From: Podarcis pityusensis
Taxonomy: Eukaryota
DNA length: 64,000 bases
Direction: 5' to 3' (one strand)
NCBI GenBank assembly: GCA_964106645.2
Contig: OZ067049.1
Shown here piece after piece: positions 1 to 13,249 of this stretch. Position numbers and translations under genes: made by a program. Position 1 is the stretch's first letter, and every line of letters starts with the position of its first letter. A model generated the notes under the pieces. That model was not told where the DNA came from. It worked only from the letters and a program-made list of their open reading frames with translations, and did no database searches.

Positions 1-198
1 TCCCGCTGCGCTTCTCCAGCCCGTTGGGAAAGGCCGCCAAGCGACGTCCTTGCCTCTTGGATCTGCAAAAAGAAAGTCTCTCCCTGCTGAGGTTGGCTGC
101 GATCCTGGTTAGGCGTACTTTGCACTAAGTACACCTGATCGTTGCATCTGAAGCAAGTGCGAGTCAGCAATTGCCATTAAGGCCAATGGGAGGAGCTT

Positions 199-362
199 GA
201 ACATAGGAACGGGGGGGAAACCGTCTTATACCGAGTAAGACCATTTGGTCTATCTAGCTCAGCACTTGCCTACCTTGGCTGGCAGCGCCTCTCCAGACGA
301 AGCTCCCTCTCCCAGAGATGCTGGGAATTGAACCGGGGACCTTCCTGCATAGAAAGCAGTTG
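199..362 (-). mobile_element. tRNA-derived SINE (squamate family with ...cttcctatgttc-type tail)
   Basis: Minus-strand B-box-like ggttcaattcc; tail ctcggtataagacgg...cctatgttc; a related copy lies at ~2430-2610. Confidence 0.55.
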
Positions 363-731
363 CCCAGGCATCGCTCTGGGTGTGCGGGTGCCGCTTGAAA
401 GGAGGCACTGGGTAGAGTTTGGTCATGAGATGGGTTACTTGTGATCTTATTATGGAAGACTGTAGTGATGTGCCTTTGCTGCGCTAATCCTGCTCGTCTG
501 CGTTTGGAGACCTTGCTGCGCACTCTGCTCAGTGGTTCGCGCGCGGGTTTCTGCCCCCAGCTCCTTGCAACAAGATCCTCAGCCCCTCTTGGCTTCCTCC
601 TCGGAAGTGTCTCAGTCCTCGTTTAAAAACAAAGCAGTGCCTTTAAAATGGCTTCTACTCGGAGCTGCCCTGGAAGGTAGGTCATTCTTCTAGATGGGTT
701 TGAAATGAAAGACAGCGATTTTCCCTAGTGA

Positions 732-744
732 GTGACCTGGCAAC
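732..744. promoter_or_regulatory. RFX X-box GTGACCTGGCAAC, possibly part of a SPAG6 promoter
   Basis: Exact fit to GTNRCC-N-RGYAAC. SPAG6, a motile-cilia gene, follows BMI1 in human synteny (inference). Confidence 0.35.
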
Positions 745-1299
745 CGCTAAGCGGCTTTACAGCGCAATCCTAACCATGTCTCCTCCGAAGTCAGTCCTAC
801 TGGATTCAACAGGACTTACTTACTCCCCGGTAAGTAGAGTTAGGATTCCAGACTTGGTCCTGTTGGTCCTGTTTAAGTAACTTGGTCCTGTTTAAGTAAC
901 TCTCTTTCCTTCCTAATACTGCGGTTCATTGTTGCGTGGATGCGATCCCCAGACCAGTTAAACCGAAGCATTTGGCTTTGATCGTGTCCTACGTGTGTCG
1001 AAGGGCTAGATGGACAAAGCTGCAATAAAGTAATAAAAATGAACATCGACTTTGTTTTACCCTTTCCCTTTTCTCTATTTCCCTTTTCTTCTCTCTCCCC
1101 TCACGCACAAAAAGCCGTCTCCACGTTTAGTAGTCACCTCTATGTATTCAGTGAATGAAACCAAGGTGCTCGCTATTTAACTATTTGTAACTTTTTAATG
1201 CGCTTCCTATAGCAGATATACAGTACGGTGCTGGGCTTGAGCTAGATGCGAAGTTTAAAGTAAACGCTCTTGTCGCGAATCGACAGGGCATTGGCCTCT

Positions 1300-1415
1300 C
1301 CTGGGGACGCTAGTTTACCCCTAACAGAGCTACAGTTCCCAGCACCCTTAACCAACTAAATTCCTGGATTTTTTTGACATTTTGGGGGGAGGGTGCTTTA
1401 AATGTATGTTGTGTG
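1300..1415. mobile_element. Inverted copy of the 4352-4512 element
   Basis: cagagctacagttcccagcaccct is the reverse complement of agggtgctgggaactgtagctctg at 4421-4444. Confidence 0.65.
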
Positions 1416-2429
1416 CACAGTGTCAGACTATCGAAGGGAAGATTCCCCACAACCCGAAACTCACTTTGGTGTGTTCCTCTCCTCTCCGTAGCCAAAAATC
1501 CTTAAAAAACCAACTTCTAATGAATGAGTTTCTGTTCCTTCCAAGGATTTAAGCTAATAACACGGTTGTCCTTCTGAGTTTAATTTTAATTTTCCATTTA
1601 TGTTGTGGATACTCCCCCGCCCCCATATGTGACATGAAAGAAAGGAAAGCTCAGTAAAAGAGCTTCTGCGCCAAGTCTTGCAAACTCTCTTGCCATTGTC
1701 ACGCGAGGGCCACTTCACACGTTGTGCAGGAAGGAAGCGTGTCCGACTAGAATCCCCCTTGCAGAGTTTTACATTCCCCGCCCCCCGCACACAGGAACGT
1801 GTCTTGATAGAAAGAACTACTCCGTGTGCATGACACCGGTGTCGCTGTTGAAAAAGTGGAGTCTGTAGTGCCAGCCTGCGCCCTTTGGCCGGCCAGGGAT
1901 GGAAGCGAGTTGACGACCGGCAGATCCCGACCAAAAGTGGCTGCTGCCTGGTCAAATCCTCTGAGCCAAAGTTTCTGACTCTAGCTGATCCTCTTTCAGC
2001 ACTGGAATGAATGCCTTTGGGGTTCACATGCACCCCGCTCTCCGGATCTTGGGACTCTAAACCGTCCTTGAAAGCAGCGTGGCTTCTCTTCTCCCTTCGC
2101 CTCCGCTCAACTGGAATAGATAACGCTCAGGTCTTTCATATCCCTGTCCTGCTCCTCCCTCGTTAAAATATATGCTGATATACTTGCTCGAATGACACTG
2201 TTTGTTGCTTATGGGCTCCCAAGCTTCAGGGTGTGGAGCTGAGATCGTTTATAGCTGGCCACTTGCGGGCCCCCTCCCGCAAAAAAAAACCCCTCCATGG
2301 CAATGTATTACTGTTATTGTGTAAGCTCTGTATCACCGCGTAACCTTGTCAAATGCAGTACAATTTCTCATACAGTATCTTCAACTCGCCCCTGGTAGCC
2401 TTTCCATGGTAGTGATTCTCCCTGAAATC

Positions 2430-2610
2430 AATAGGCAGCTGCATTGGACGGATTCAGAATCTGTTGGTTCAGCATTGTCGACACTGACTGGCAGCGGCTC
2501 TCCTGAGTTTCAAATGGGATTTTTTTCCCCCCAGCAGCACTTGGGAGATGCCAGCAATTGAACCTTGGACTTTCCCCTCCCCATCAGCGTATAGTCCGCC
2601 GCTGAGCCAT
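2430..2610 (-). mobile_element. Degenerate copy of the same tRNA-derived SINE
   Basis: ctgactggcagcggctctcc...ggagatgccagcaattgaacctt, similar to 270-345. Confidence 0.5.
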
Positions 2611-3934
2611 TCTCTCATGTTTCAGAGCAGGAGGCCGAGAGGATGTCAATTAAGGTCAAGCAGGCCGTCCAAGTTGGACTTCTGAGCCAAAGTCTCGCAC
2701 TGTCTGATTCCTCTCATTGGCTCGTAAATTCAGGAAAGAATCTGAGAGGCGGTGGGTGGAGTTTCCCCTCTTATGAAAGCATACAAAACATCCAGTTCGT
2801 ATTTCACACGTAGGACAAAGTTCCTAGATTTAGCTGGAATCGAACCGTCACGTAGAACCTTCTTTCATTCCACTACCAATGATGAGGAAAGGGCACCTCT
2901 CCTCTTATTCCTACCTGAGACTCGGGTGTCCCTGCAAAAGGCCACTGCGGCGCCTTTTGCCCTGCGCTAGTGTTATAAGCGTCACGTGGCAGGGCGAGAC
3001 CTTATCAAAAGAAAAAGAGGAGGGTGTGCTTCCCTTAAGCCACCAAAGATCTGCCCTGTGCTAAGGAATGCGGGGGCTGCAGCGGCCACGTAGGATCGAG
3101 GTCTGTTTGCAGGGGAAGAGGACACCCCCTGTAGTCCGATGCCGGGTCCCGATTTAAAGGCTGCAATCTTATGCCCACTGAGTAAGCCCCATTAGGTGCT
3201 TCTGAGTAAATGATGCCCAGGGTCTGCACTGCACCACAGTAAAGCATAGCGTGAGGAGAGAGAGAGATCCCCGCCCACTTAGCTATTCAAAGTGTGGATA
3301 GGCTGCTTTCAGATCCTGCAAAGGATTTTCCTGTCTGGGTGGGGTGGTTGGGGGTTGACCTCGGCGACAGCCCGATTCTGCATCGGCGACGGAGGCCGCG
3401 AGGCTCCGCCAAGCCCCGAGGGGGCGGCGTGATCTGAGCGGCCTGCTCTGGGCCAAGCCGCGCCCGGCTCAACCCGGCAGTGAAGGCCCTGCAGGCTAGA
3501 GACAGGATCGGCCCGCCAGCCTGGCTCTCCGGGGAAAGAAGCAGAGCAGGCGCCCCCGAGCAACCGCACAGCCCCACCTGCAGCCCCCAACTCCGATCTA
3601 TCCTCGTGGAGCCCGACCCCGCTGCACGTTTCCTCGGAAGTAAGTCCCAGCTAACCCCGAGGGACTTACTCCCGGGTAAGCGAGCTTACGATTCCCGCTG
3701 CAGCGAGGAGGAGTTTTGCAGCAAACGGCAAACCTCTTAACGTAAGAGACTCTGAACAGGGCAAGTCTAACCCTGTCTACTCGGAAGGGAGTTCTGTTGA
3801 ATTCAGTGGTGGAAATAGTGGAAGTGGAAGGGTCCCGTTTGGCATTTTAAGGATCGCAGCCCCACAGGATTCCTTCTCTCTGCTGGTCAAGAAATTCGGG
3901 GATGATCGCAGCTTCATAACAACATAACCCCCCC

Positions 3935-4210
3935 CCCCCCGGAAAAGTAAAACCCCTCTTGGAAGTTCAGAGTCTACAGCAAGGAGAATCCCGAGTTGCC
4001 TGCGGCGGGCAATGCGCATGCGCAGGGCGGAAGGATGCCTTTCATATTTAATAAAATCGCTTTCGCTTCCCTGAGGACGTGACGCATCACATACCCAGCT
4101 GGTCCCGAGCGCCTTGGCGAGCACGTCGTAGACGTCTCTATGCGGCTGCGTCGGATGGGGGACGAGTCCCTTGGCCAGAAGGGACTGCGACGTCAGTTGC
4201 GTTGTTTTAC
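3935..4210. promoter_or_regulatory. Orphan promoter-like module: NRF1 palindrome, ETS site and CRE-like sites
   Basis: TGCGCATGCGCA at 4013-4024, CGGAAG at 4028-4033, gacgtgacgca at 4076-4086; CpG-rich. Confidence 0.45.
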
Positions 4211-4351
4211 GAGCAATCTCAGGAATAAGACTTCCACTTGCACAAACACACAAGCTGTAGTAAAAGTGGACTTTTTGCATTAAAAGGTAATGTTTCGGCA
4301 TGCTGCTGACATTTAGGACAAAAGCAATGATACATTTAAAGATATATTTGC

Positions 4352-4512
4352 AGCATATATTTAAAGCACATGGCTTCCCCCACCCCCCCAAAAAAGAATA
4401 TTGGGAACTGCAGTTCACCTAGGGTGCTGGGAACTGTAGCTCTGATAATAGTAACGACAGTTCCCAGATGTTGGGGTGTGGGGAGTAATGTGTTTTAAAT
4501 GCATGGTGTGCT
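4352..4512. mobile_element. Palindromic non-autonomous DNA element
   Basis: atttaaagcacatggcttcccc...tgggaactgcagtt...acagttcccag...ggggagtaatgtgttttaaatg; inverted copy at ~1300-1415. Confidence 0.65.
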
Positions 4513-7027
4513 CGCAAGTCTATCACCTATTTTATGGAATAAAAAATTTGCAACCTTGCTCCCAAATAATACCGGGGTCGCTTTTACAAGCGTGCACCTG
4601 TTATTTGTCAGCCTGATAGAGTTCGATGCCTTTATTCCCGAATAGCTCTTCTTAAAGTAGATGTCGAGGTAAATAGCTGGAAGGTTGCTGCAGCTAAGTC
4701 CACAAATCAGTTAAACGAATCAGTATCTGGATTAGACAGGTCCGACAGAGAACGTGGTCCGTGTTTCTGGGCTTGATTCTCAGCAATTCGTGGAACTCGT
4801 TTCCAAATTAATGTGGTGTCCCTCCACTAATTCAAGTTCTCCCGCTCAACTGCCTGGGAGAGCAGTTAATTTATTGGCCATGTTCTTAGGTTATCATTAT
4901 TGTCCGTCATTTAACCTAGTACGAGTAAGGCCAGTTTAAAAAGCATATGCAAATATTGGTGTGGTTGTACATAGAGGGTAAGAAACAAATGCAAGACTTG
5001 AACGTCAATCCGATATACTTGGAAATGAACTCTACTGACTCTCCCAAGGACGTGGAAACAGGATCTGTCTCTGAAAGGAAGGGATTTGTGCAACATGTCA
5101 CAACAGATCTGGATAACCTATTTCTAAATAAGGTTCTTCACTGAAGAGAGCTTTTAAGTTCCCACGCACACCATCATTAACACAGGGAATAGGTAGAAGA
5201 AAAATAATTAACTTCTATGAGGTTTCTTCCCACGGTGGGGGCCCCACCAGGCCAAAGCATTTTAACTCTCATTTGTTCCAACGGGGGAGTCTTAATCTTC
5301 AATCCTGTACTCAGTTTTCCTGAGAGTCCCAAATGGCGCTTACTTTTAAGTAGACATGCATAGGATTGCACCATTAAGAATGTCCAATTCTCCTATTTAC
5401 ATAACTGGGCTTATTTAAAAATCCCTTACTGTATGCTTAGGATGGGGGGGGGCAGCCCGTGACGCTACTACTATGACAAACTCTGATCCACAATTTAGTA
5501 GATTAAGTGATATAATCAAAGTTCTCATGTAGCATAAAAGAAATTAAAAGCAAGGTGAAAAAATATCGGATGAATCCTAACATCAGCAGCACACTCTGAA
5601 AGTTTCACAGCTATTCCAATTACATTATATATTTGCTAATAACTTTTTATAATAACACCTCAGTGTTTAATCTACTTCGTCCAGCCTCTGAGTATTTCAA
5701 ACTACCAGAACATAAGCCCACAGTTTGAACACTTTTAAACATTTTCACTTTAGATAAGAACTTGCTTTGTGTAAATCTCAGGCAAAGTTACTTATCCTTT
5801 GAGGTTGAATGTTCCCCTCCAGCATCACGCTTGTACTGTTTAGAAGTCAAAGGAATTCTAAATATATGGTGAGGCAATTTTCACACCCAGATCATAAACA
5901 CTTTGCTTGGAAATAAACGCTTTGCCTGTCCTCCCTTTGATTCCCAGGGACACTTCTAAAAAGTTTTTGGAAGTATGTGTCGCAACGGGTTGCCGACGAC
6001 GTTCTCCGTTCATATTGCCTTCGTATGCAAATAAAGAAGGCTCAAATTAGCCATGTTCTCTTGCCAGACTGAGGCAGGCGGCGTTTCGGTTTCAAAAAAA
6101 GGATTAACTGTTTCTTTCTCGACAAAGAAAAGGGGACATGAAGCTGGTCTCGCGAGGAAAGAGATGGATAATACTGCAGACAACAGCAGAACGGGACAAA
6201 ACCCCTTGCTCCCAAAGCAAACACTGTGAAGCGAAGTTCCATCGAAGTGAATGGGTCTGGCGCCCATTATTGTAAGAGGAACCACACACGTGTGATACTC
6301 GTGCGTTGGTCCGCGCATACACAACTTGCTCACAACTTTTCTCCTAGAGACTCCATTGCTTAACCTCATGCAGTGATGGAGAGCCTTTTCCTTTGTATTT
6401 CGTGCTCATCTTTAGTGTTTGATATTTCTAAAGGATTTTGACGGTGGGTGTGTCCCTTGGTAACAACTCACCAAGGAATTAATTTTCAGTATTAAAGGTC
6501 CTAGACCTTAAGAGCGCAAGCTTTGCTCCCTAAATCCAGCTGAGTGAAAGGAGTCTATTTGAGTGTCTTGGATATTCAGATAGGGACACTCTCAAAGCAC
6601 CCTCATAAAGAGGATTATAATTTATCGTAATTCCAAACGTGTTTACTCGGTAGTAAGTCATTTCGATTTCGACGAGACTTACTCACGAGGAAGTACGGTT
6701 AGGATGGTAGTCAATGTGTTCCAGGCTGGAGACTTTTACTAAGAATGGGTTTCCCGGTTAAGCCAGCCCTGGTGAAATGCCCTTGGTCGAATGGAGCCCA
6801 ATCAACAAACAAGTCTCGGTTAAAATCAATCCTTAAATCGCCCTCATTCCAGCAGAACAACCTAATGTGTGATGGGACACAAATCAGCTTTTAATTCGAA
6901 CGCTTGTGCTGTTTAGAAGTCCAAGGAATTCTAAATATATGGAAAAGATTAACGCCAACTCTTTCTGTGAGTCTCACACTGGCCTTGAAAATCACAATTA
7001 GACAGTGATCAATGAAATGCAACCGCA

Positions 7028-7165
7028 CTCATCTTTACAACAGCCCTGTAAGGTATGCTCCTTTTATTCCCAAATCTCATAAGGCGATCTGGGGAATCGG
7101 ACAGCAGCGCCTAGTCTCAGACTTATCTACTTACTAGCAAGGGCGGAGTTGAGATTTGAACCTGT
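7028..7165 (-). mobile_element. Old MIR-like SINE fragment
   Basis: atctttacaacagccctgtaaggta...gagatttgaacc. Confidence 0.5.
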
Positions 7166-8664
7166 GAACAATTGGATATCAGCTCGTTGATTTGCCCGGG
7201 CATATCCAAGAACAAGAGCGTAGCAGCACAGACTTTAAGCACTTGACCTTTCAATAGGTGTACATCCAAATTCGTCAGTTGGATAGGGGTTGCACTGTCC
7301 TACCCTTAAAAGAATTGCTCCGGTCGGCGATTCACTCTCTGAATTGATATACAGTCAATCCGTGGGAATTTTAAGTGCCTAAAACTTAAAGCAATTGGCA
7401 AAATGGCAGAAGAACAAAATAGGAGGAGTGCCGTTTAAGCATGTTCTAGATCAGTATGTTCGTTCCGTTTATGTCACTGGGCTTGATCTGGTTTCAATAT
7501 GGGACTCAATTTCGGATTGGCTGTTGAATGCTGAGCAGAGAGGAAGAACCACAGACTTTGCTAAGTTTACAGCCCCACTGCTGCTGTTCTCAATTCTGGA
7601 GCAACCAACACACATTCTAAACACACAAGCCAGACTCTATACGGAGGTAAGACTCTGCTTTTATTAATTCGAGCGACTATTCCTGGATTTCATAACAGAT
7701 AATCAAATTCCTGCCCACCCATAAGCAGGCACTGAAAGGCTGAGAGAGAAAAAACCGACATTTAACTACCACGATGGTGAGTAGAACCAGATTGCTAAAG
7801 AATTGGTTAATCCGGATTCAGGAGGTTCTGAGCAAGCTTTAGGGTTCTGCTCTGTTTTTAATTATTTTCGAGTCGTGCCCAGCTGGGCTGGCTGTGGTGG
7901 GAAACCCAATATTCTAGCCTGCGCACCAGGTTGGCTTTAGGAAACATTAACGCTCCTTAGCATTTATATGGCGCTTAAGGCTGTGCAAAGCACGTCACAC
8001 GCCTCTCAGGCAGGACAGCACCACCGTCCCAATATAGCTGAGGTTGAAATAACCGAGACATGCCGTAAACCCATGTGGTAAAGTAAAAACTGAACTGGTG
8101 GCCTCCTTGGTTGCACTCTGGCAAAGTAATCCGAAACTTATATCATTCCAAAGTAAGTTCAGTGCCGTTTACTCTCCAGATAAGTGGGTTTAGCATTGCA
8201 GCTTTAGTGTAGGCGCACACAGAGAAACGCGCACAGATGAAGGGGTCTGACGTGTGCAGTCCAATTTAAAATGGTCAAGGAGATAGCTGTGTATCTCTCG
8301 GAAATATTTGCAGCAATATCGTGCCTTGGGTCATTAAAAAGCAGTAGCTGTGATGGGGGGTGGGTGGGAAAAACAGATGGCGTTTTATTCTGTTCAGCCC
8401 ACAGTTGGAAGGAAACTTTGATTACCTTTTGGTGTTTTTATTCCTACCGCACTATGTGGCTACAGTCCCCGGGGTCCTATCCTGTGTTCTTTCTGGAAAA
8501 TATTTGTTTACTTAAAAAAAAAAATATGCACCACTTGATTGCAAAAAACAACTCTCAAAGCAGTTTGCAAAATCGTGTGGACAGATGGGGAATTCTTTCC
8601 CTATAATCCCTAGAATGGGGCGTCTATGTTGTTGGACCCCAGCTCCCTTCACACCTAGCCTGTA

Positions 8665-8745
8665 TTCCTCCTCCTCCTCGTCTTCTTCTTCTTCTTCTTC
8701 TTCTTCTTCTTCTTCTTCTTCTTCTTCTTCTTCTTCTTCTTCTTC
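8665..8745. repeat. (TCC)n(TTC)n microsatellite
   Basis: Read directly. Confidence 0.95.
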
Positions 8746-8920
8746 ACTCTTTCCTCTAAGCCTGAGCTCAATAGACATAGTACATGGTTCTCTTCCTGCC
8801 CATTTAATCCCCACGACAACCCTGAAAGGTAGATTAGACGGAGGGTGAGTGACTGGCCCAAAGTCACTCAGTGGGCTACAGAGGCAAGTGGGTATTTGAA
8901 CCCTGGTCCAACACTCTAGC
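8746..8920 (-). mobile_element. CORE-type (Squam3-like) SINE with (TTC)n tail
   Basis: ccccacgacaaccctgaaaggtag...gtgactggcccaaagtcactcagtg...tttgaaccctgg is the reverse complement of the family at 16463. Confidence 0.7.
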
Positions 8921-11900
8921 TGCTGCTGCTCCCCACTGCTTGTACACACGCATGGCCAATGGCCAGCGATGGTGGAAGTTGCAGCCCAACCACCGCTGAC
9001 CGATAAAACGTGCGTTGCCTATCAGGCCTCCTAACAGGCTTGTTTATCTTGATCTGTCTGTGGGCACACGGGGGAGAGCAGTTCACACAGGGAAGCGGTC
9101 GGCCCGATTCACGAGCATCTTGAGTCGGTGTATTTGGCTTTCAGACAGCTTGCATATAGATCAACGCCAACAAATAAAAATGCACTTCACCTCGAAATAA
9201 GCTCTGCTGAAACGTAGGAGCTGACTCGCAAGTAAAGGTGCTTGCCATCCGAGTCGCTTCACTGGGAGCTGGTGGGTGGTTTGCGTTGGGTGCCAACTTG
9301 GCACGAACCCAATAATTTGTTTCTTTGCTTAAAACAAGGACACTCGGCTTTGCCAGCGGGATGAGCCTCCCCCGACCCGCTTAAAGCGGCTTATGGGCCA
9401 ATACTGAGTGGAAAGATGGGGTAGAAATTATACGAAGGAAGCCAGTTTGGATACATGCTAGAATTGAACCCCACGAGTCCTGGATTGAAGTCCCTCCGCT
9501 GAGTGCCTTAGAGAATGGCAGCCTGTATCGTGTGCTTTGGGTACTGTTGCTGCTCTGGTTTCCCAAAAACCACCAACGATAAAGTGTCCCCCGCCCCCCG
9601 GTTGTTGGTGCATCCGAGCCAGAAGGTCATTGTTTTGCATTCGCTGAGGTAGATGCAACGTGCTTGGCAGGACGCGCAATTTCTACAGCGCTGATTGAGA
9701 CCTAAGTCCTAGCTGGCCTTGACTCCTCTGCTGAGTCACTCTTTCATTATAATGACTAGGCATTAGCTGCATGTGTAGGGTACGTGTGTATACTGTATCT
9801 CATCATTGGCATCAATGGAACGGTGCGAGCTTCGTCTCGATTGTCCTTCTGGCACCCTTAAGCGGAAGAAAAGCGTCTCTGTCGACGCAAGGAGAATTGC
9901 AGCTTGGAGGAAGGGATAGCCAAGGAGGTCATGACCGGCTGGGATTGGGCGAGCTCAGAGCAGGGGTGGGCAGATTTTTAATCTGCGGGACCTATTTCTT
10001 TTTATTAGACCGCTTCCCAGCCATCAGCTGGAGAAAAAGGCAAAATAGTGGCTTAGGAAGGGAGCCGGCATGGGAGGGAGTCAGGTCCAGGATGTAGGAG
10101 AAGAAGACATCTCAGCCAGGACGTTGGTTTTCCGCAGCAGTGACTGAGCTCCCAATCCTTCCACACAAAACTCCATTCCTGGTCCCCCCCCCCCCCCAAG
10201 CTTTCTTTGTTTTAGTAGCCTTGCGTTTTGGTTTTGGTTTTTTAGGGGAGGGGGAATTTGTTGCTTTTGTTAAATAAGTGGGAATAGCCTTGGTGGTCTA
10301 TTGCAAGTCGCTCAGAAATCTGCCAGTAGATTATTATTATTTTTATTAAATTCTTTGTATTCCGCCCATCTGACTGGGTTACCCCAGCCACTCTAAGAGA
10401 TTCCCGATGTACTAGAGCCGTCCGTCTGTCTAGCTTTCCTGCTGACCGTCCAGAGATGGACTTAGTAAAACACCCCACGCAGTTCTCCATAGGCAAAGGA
10501 GGTCGGAAGCTGAATTGAAGTGTGTTGTGGAGGCAAATCAGGCGTATTTCAGCGCTTCGAAATAAATATGAACCGGATCGGGGTGTCAGGCGCGTAAATC
10601 CAACGCTTCGACTGAACTGCGTTGTACAGATCGAGGTGTTCGTGTGATGGTACCCAACCCGATTCACCCAGCTGGGGAAGCAGAATCACTTGTTGGCGTT
10701 TCTTTTGAAGTTAAACCTCGCTAGATCCGTATACAGTAATGGACGAGGGCTGTGCATTTAAACGCTGGACACGATCCAGCCCAGATTCAGCCCTACTGGT
10801 TTTAATGGGCAAGTGGTTAAAACTCTGCCATTTGCATCGGAGGGATTTAACGCGGAGATTAAGTTAAGCCCCCTTCGTTTTTCTTTCGAGTAAACCTGTT
10901 TAGGATGGGGTGTTAGTGAGTTTAATTTGGGCTGTTAGTGAGCAAGTTCTTGCTATTAGCAACTAACGACATACTGTTTAGTAAATTCGTCGTCGGAAGA
11001 GGGAAGAAACACCCATTGGTCTGTTGATGAGTTATAGGAAACGGAAAGTACTGGGTGGGTGGGGGGAGGAAAAGGTAGTTGTCTGTGGTGCTGCAATGTT
11101 TCTTATAACAAGCAGGCGATGAACCATATTGGACCAGTTTCAAAGAGTGACAGTGACACGTCCGATGATGACGCTTCCAGGGAAGGCGAAGCTGAACGGC
11201 GTTTATTAAAGGGCTATCTGACTCGGAGCTCTGAAAGTGCTGGACTGTTTGTTACAAGTTTAACCAGCAGTAAGCCCTTACTCAGCAGTGAGCCCTGTTG
11301 AATTCAATGGGGCTTATTCCCAGGTAAGTGGGGTTAGGATCTCAGCCTAAAACTAATAAACATGCTGCACAACAATCCTTTGCCCTTGCATTTCTTTGAA
11401 TTTAACCTTAGTTCAGTGGTTCTTAGTCCTGAGTGAAGGTGCAACCTCCACGTGTCTATCCAGAAGTAAGTTTCATTGGGTTGGATGTGCATAGGATTCC
11501 CACCTTACTTTGAAGTCAGTCCCATTGAAACCAAGGAGGTTTACTTCCTAGTAAATTAGGTCAGAAGTGTGTTCAGTTCCCTAAGGTGACATTGTGTGTT
11601 TGTTTTGTTTTTGCCTTTTAATACTTTGATTCTAGAAACTGACGCTCCCAATGCTCTTTCAGAGCCGAACAACGCAAACCTATTCCTTAATACCATTGAG
11701 CTCAAGGGAGCTTTGCCTGGAGGTTTGGGTTGCGTTGACCTGCAAAACAATGGGAGAACGATTCTCTTTTCAGGACTTTGCAGCCGAAGCCAGCTTTCCT
11801 TTCACACACGGGCCTCTACCGATGTTCTGTTTATAAATTCACAGTGAGTTTGCCCGTTTATTTTAAGCCCGTGTCAGTGGGTTCAAGGTAAACTTGGAAG

Positions 11901-13249
11901 CACCGATTTCCAAGACACGGGACTTTGCAGTGAAAAGGTATTGCGGCGCTTGGCCTTCCTTCCAAATCCACGTGTTTCGGCTTGGAGTATAAAAACGACC
12001 AGAGATTACCATGGTATTTGCCTCCACATAATGTGTTGATGATCAAGGCGGCTGACAACACTTTACAAGCAATTTATTTTTTACACAGATGTGTGTGTGT
12101 GTTTCAGAACTGCTGGCTTTCCGGAGCCTCAAGCTGCCAGTTGGCTTCTGTGATGGTTTCTGTAAACAAAGGACTGTAAAGGTACAATCCGGTCTTCAAC
12201 CTACTTGAAGACATCAAGGCCGCAAACCTGGGCATTAACCCCACCACTGAGCACTGCGCGGCTTCTGATTAGGTATGCCTACCGTACATTGCATGGAGTT
12301 GTTGCTGTAACAGTGCATGCCTACCCGGAAGTTCAATGGGTTCAATGGGATGTGCTCCCAGGTAAGCGGGTAGGGTTGGCATCCTGAAAGTAAACCAAGT
12401 CGCCATTTGATACTTGACACTTCCAGCCGATCGTTCAGGTCGTACTAAATTTAAGGCGATATGGGCACAGCAAACTTATGGATTATTCTTCCCAAATAAA
12501 TAAATAAATAAATAAAGGCATCAATAAACAATTGTTTATTCACAAGTAAGCCCCATAGCGTTCCATGAGGCTTACTCCCTGGTGTTTAGGATTCCTAAGG
12601 CGTGCTCAGGATTTCGCCTTTTCCATAGAAGGAAGCTCCCTTGAGATGGGGGGGGGGGTCTTCCCGCGAAGTCAACGGCTATTGGACATTCCCTGCCGTT
12701 TTCAAAGGTTTCTCTTCCAAGAGACTACGCTCTCGCGCGCGAGGTGGTTGCCAAGAGGGCATTCGTGCGATGACGGTGCGAGTAAGGGGAAGGAGTCAGA
12801 ACCTAGCAGCTCCGAGGTGGACCGTCCTGGTTCCGTTCCAGCAAAGGCAGAAGACGCCACTGCAGAGCCGCAGGAGGGGAATCAGCCGTGGTAACCGCGG
12901 GATGGCAGCTCGCTGCATTCCCAGGGTCCTCAGAGGGACGCCCTACGTTTCTGCAAAGGGGATATTTGAGGAGGGGTGTTTGCCTCTCCGGAGGAAGGAA
13001 GAGAAGGGGATTCAGTTGCTCCCTCAGGATCCAAGAAGGCTGATTTACAAGACTGTGATCGACCGACCTTTTCTTATTTAGCCTTTACCACATCCATCCA
13101 TCCTGTTGGCTATGCACAGAAGACAATGCCAAAAGGAAATTTTCTCTTTTTCATGTGTGTAAGAACGAGGAAAGGAAAGCTCTCTCTCCCTACACGTAAC
13201 CAAAGGCCCCCTTCCAGCCACCAGCCCCACCCCACCCCACCCCCGTCGC

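Noticed and set aside
852-900. Short tandem duplications (also ~32544, ~41292, ~58811, ~59740)
   Set aside because: Ordinary replication-slippage products with no sign of function.
3777-4418. 213-aa minus-strand ORF
   Set aside because: Starts inside a DNA-transposon remnant, crosses a promoter-like module and has no recognisable homology.
8512-8949. Poly-Glu, poly-Ser and poly-Lys ORFs
   Set aside because: Translations of a (TTC)n microsatellite at a SINE tail.
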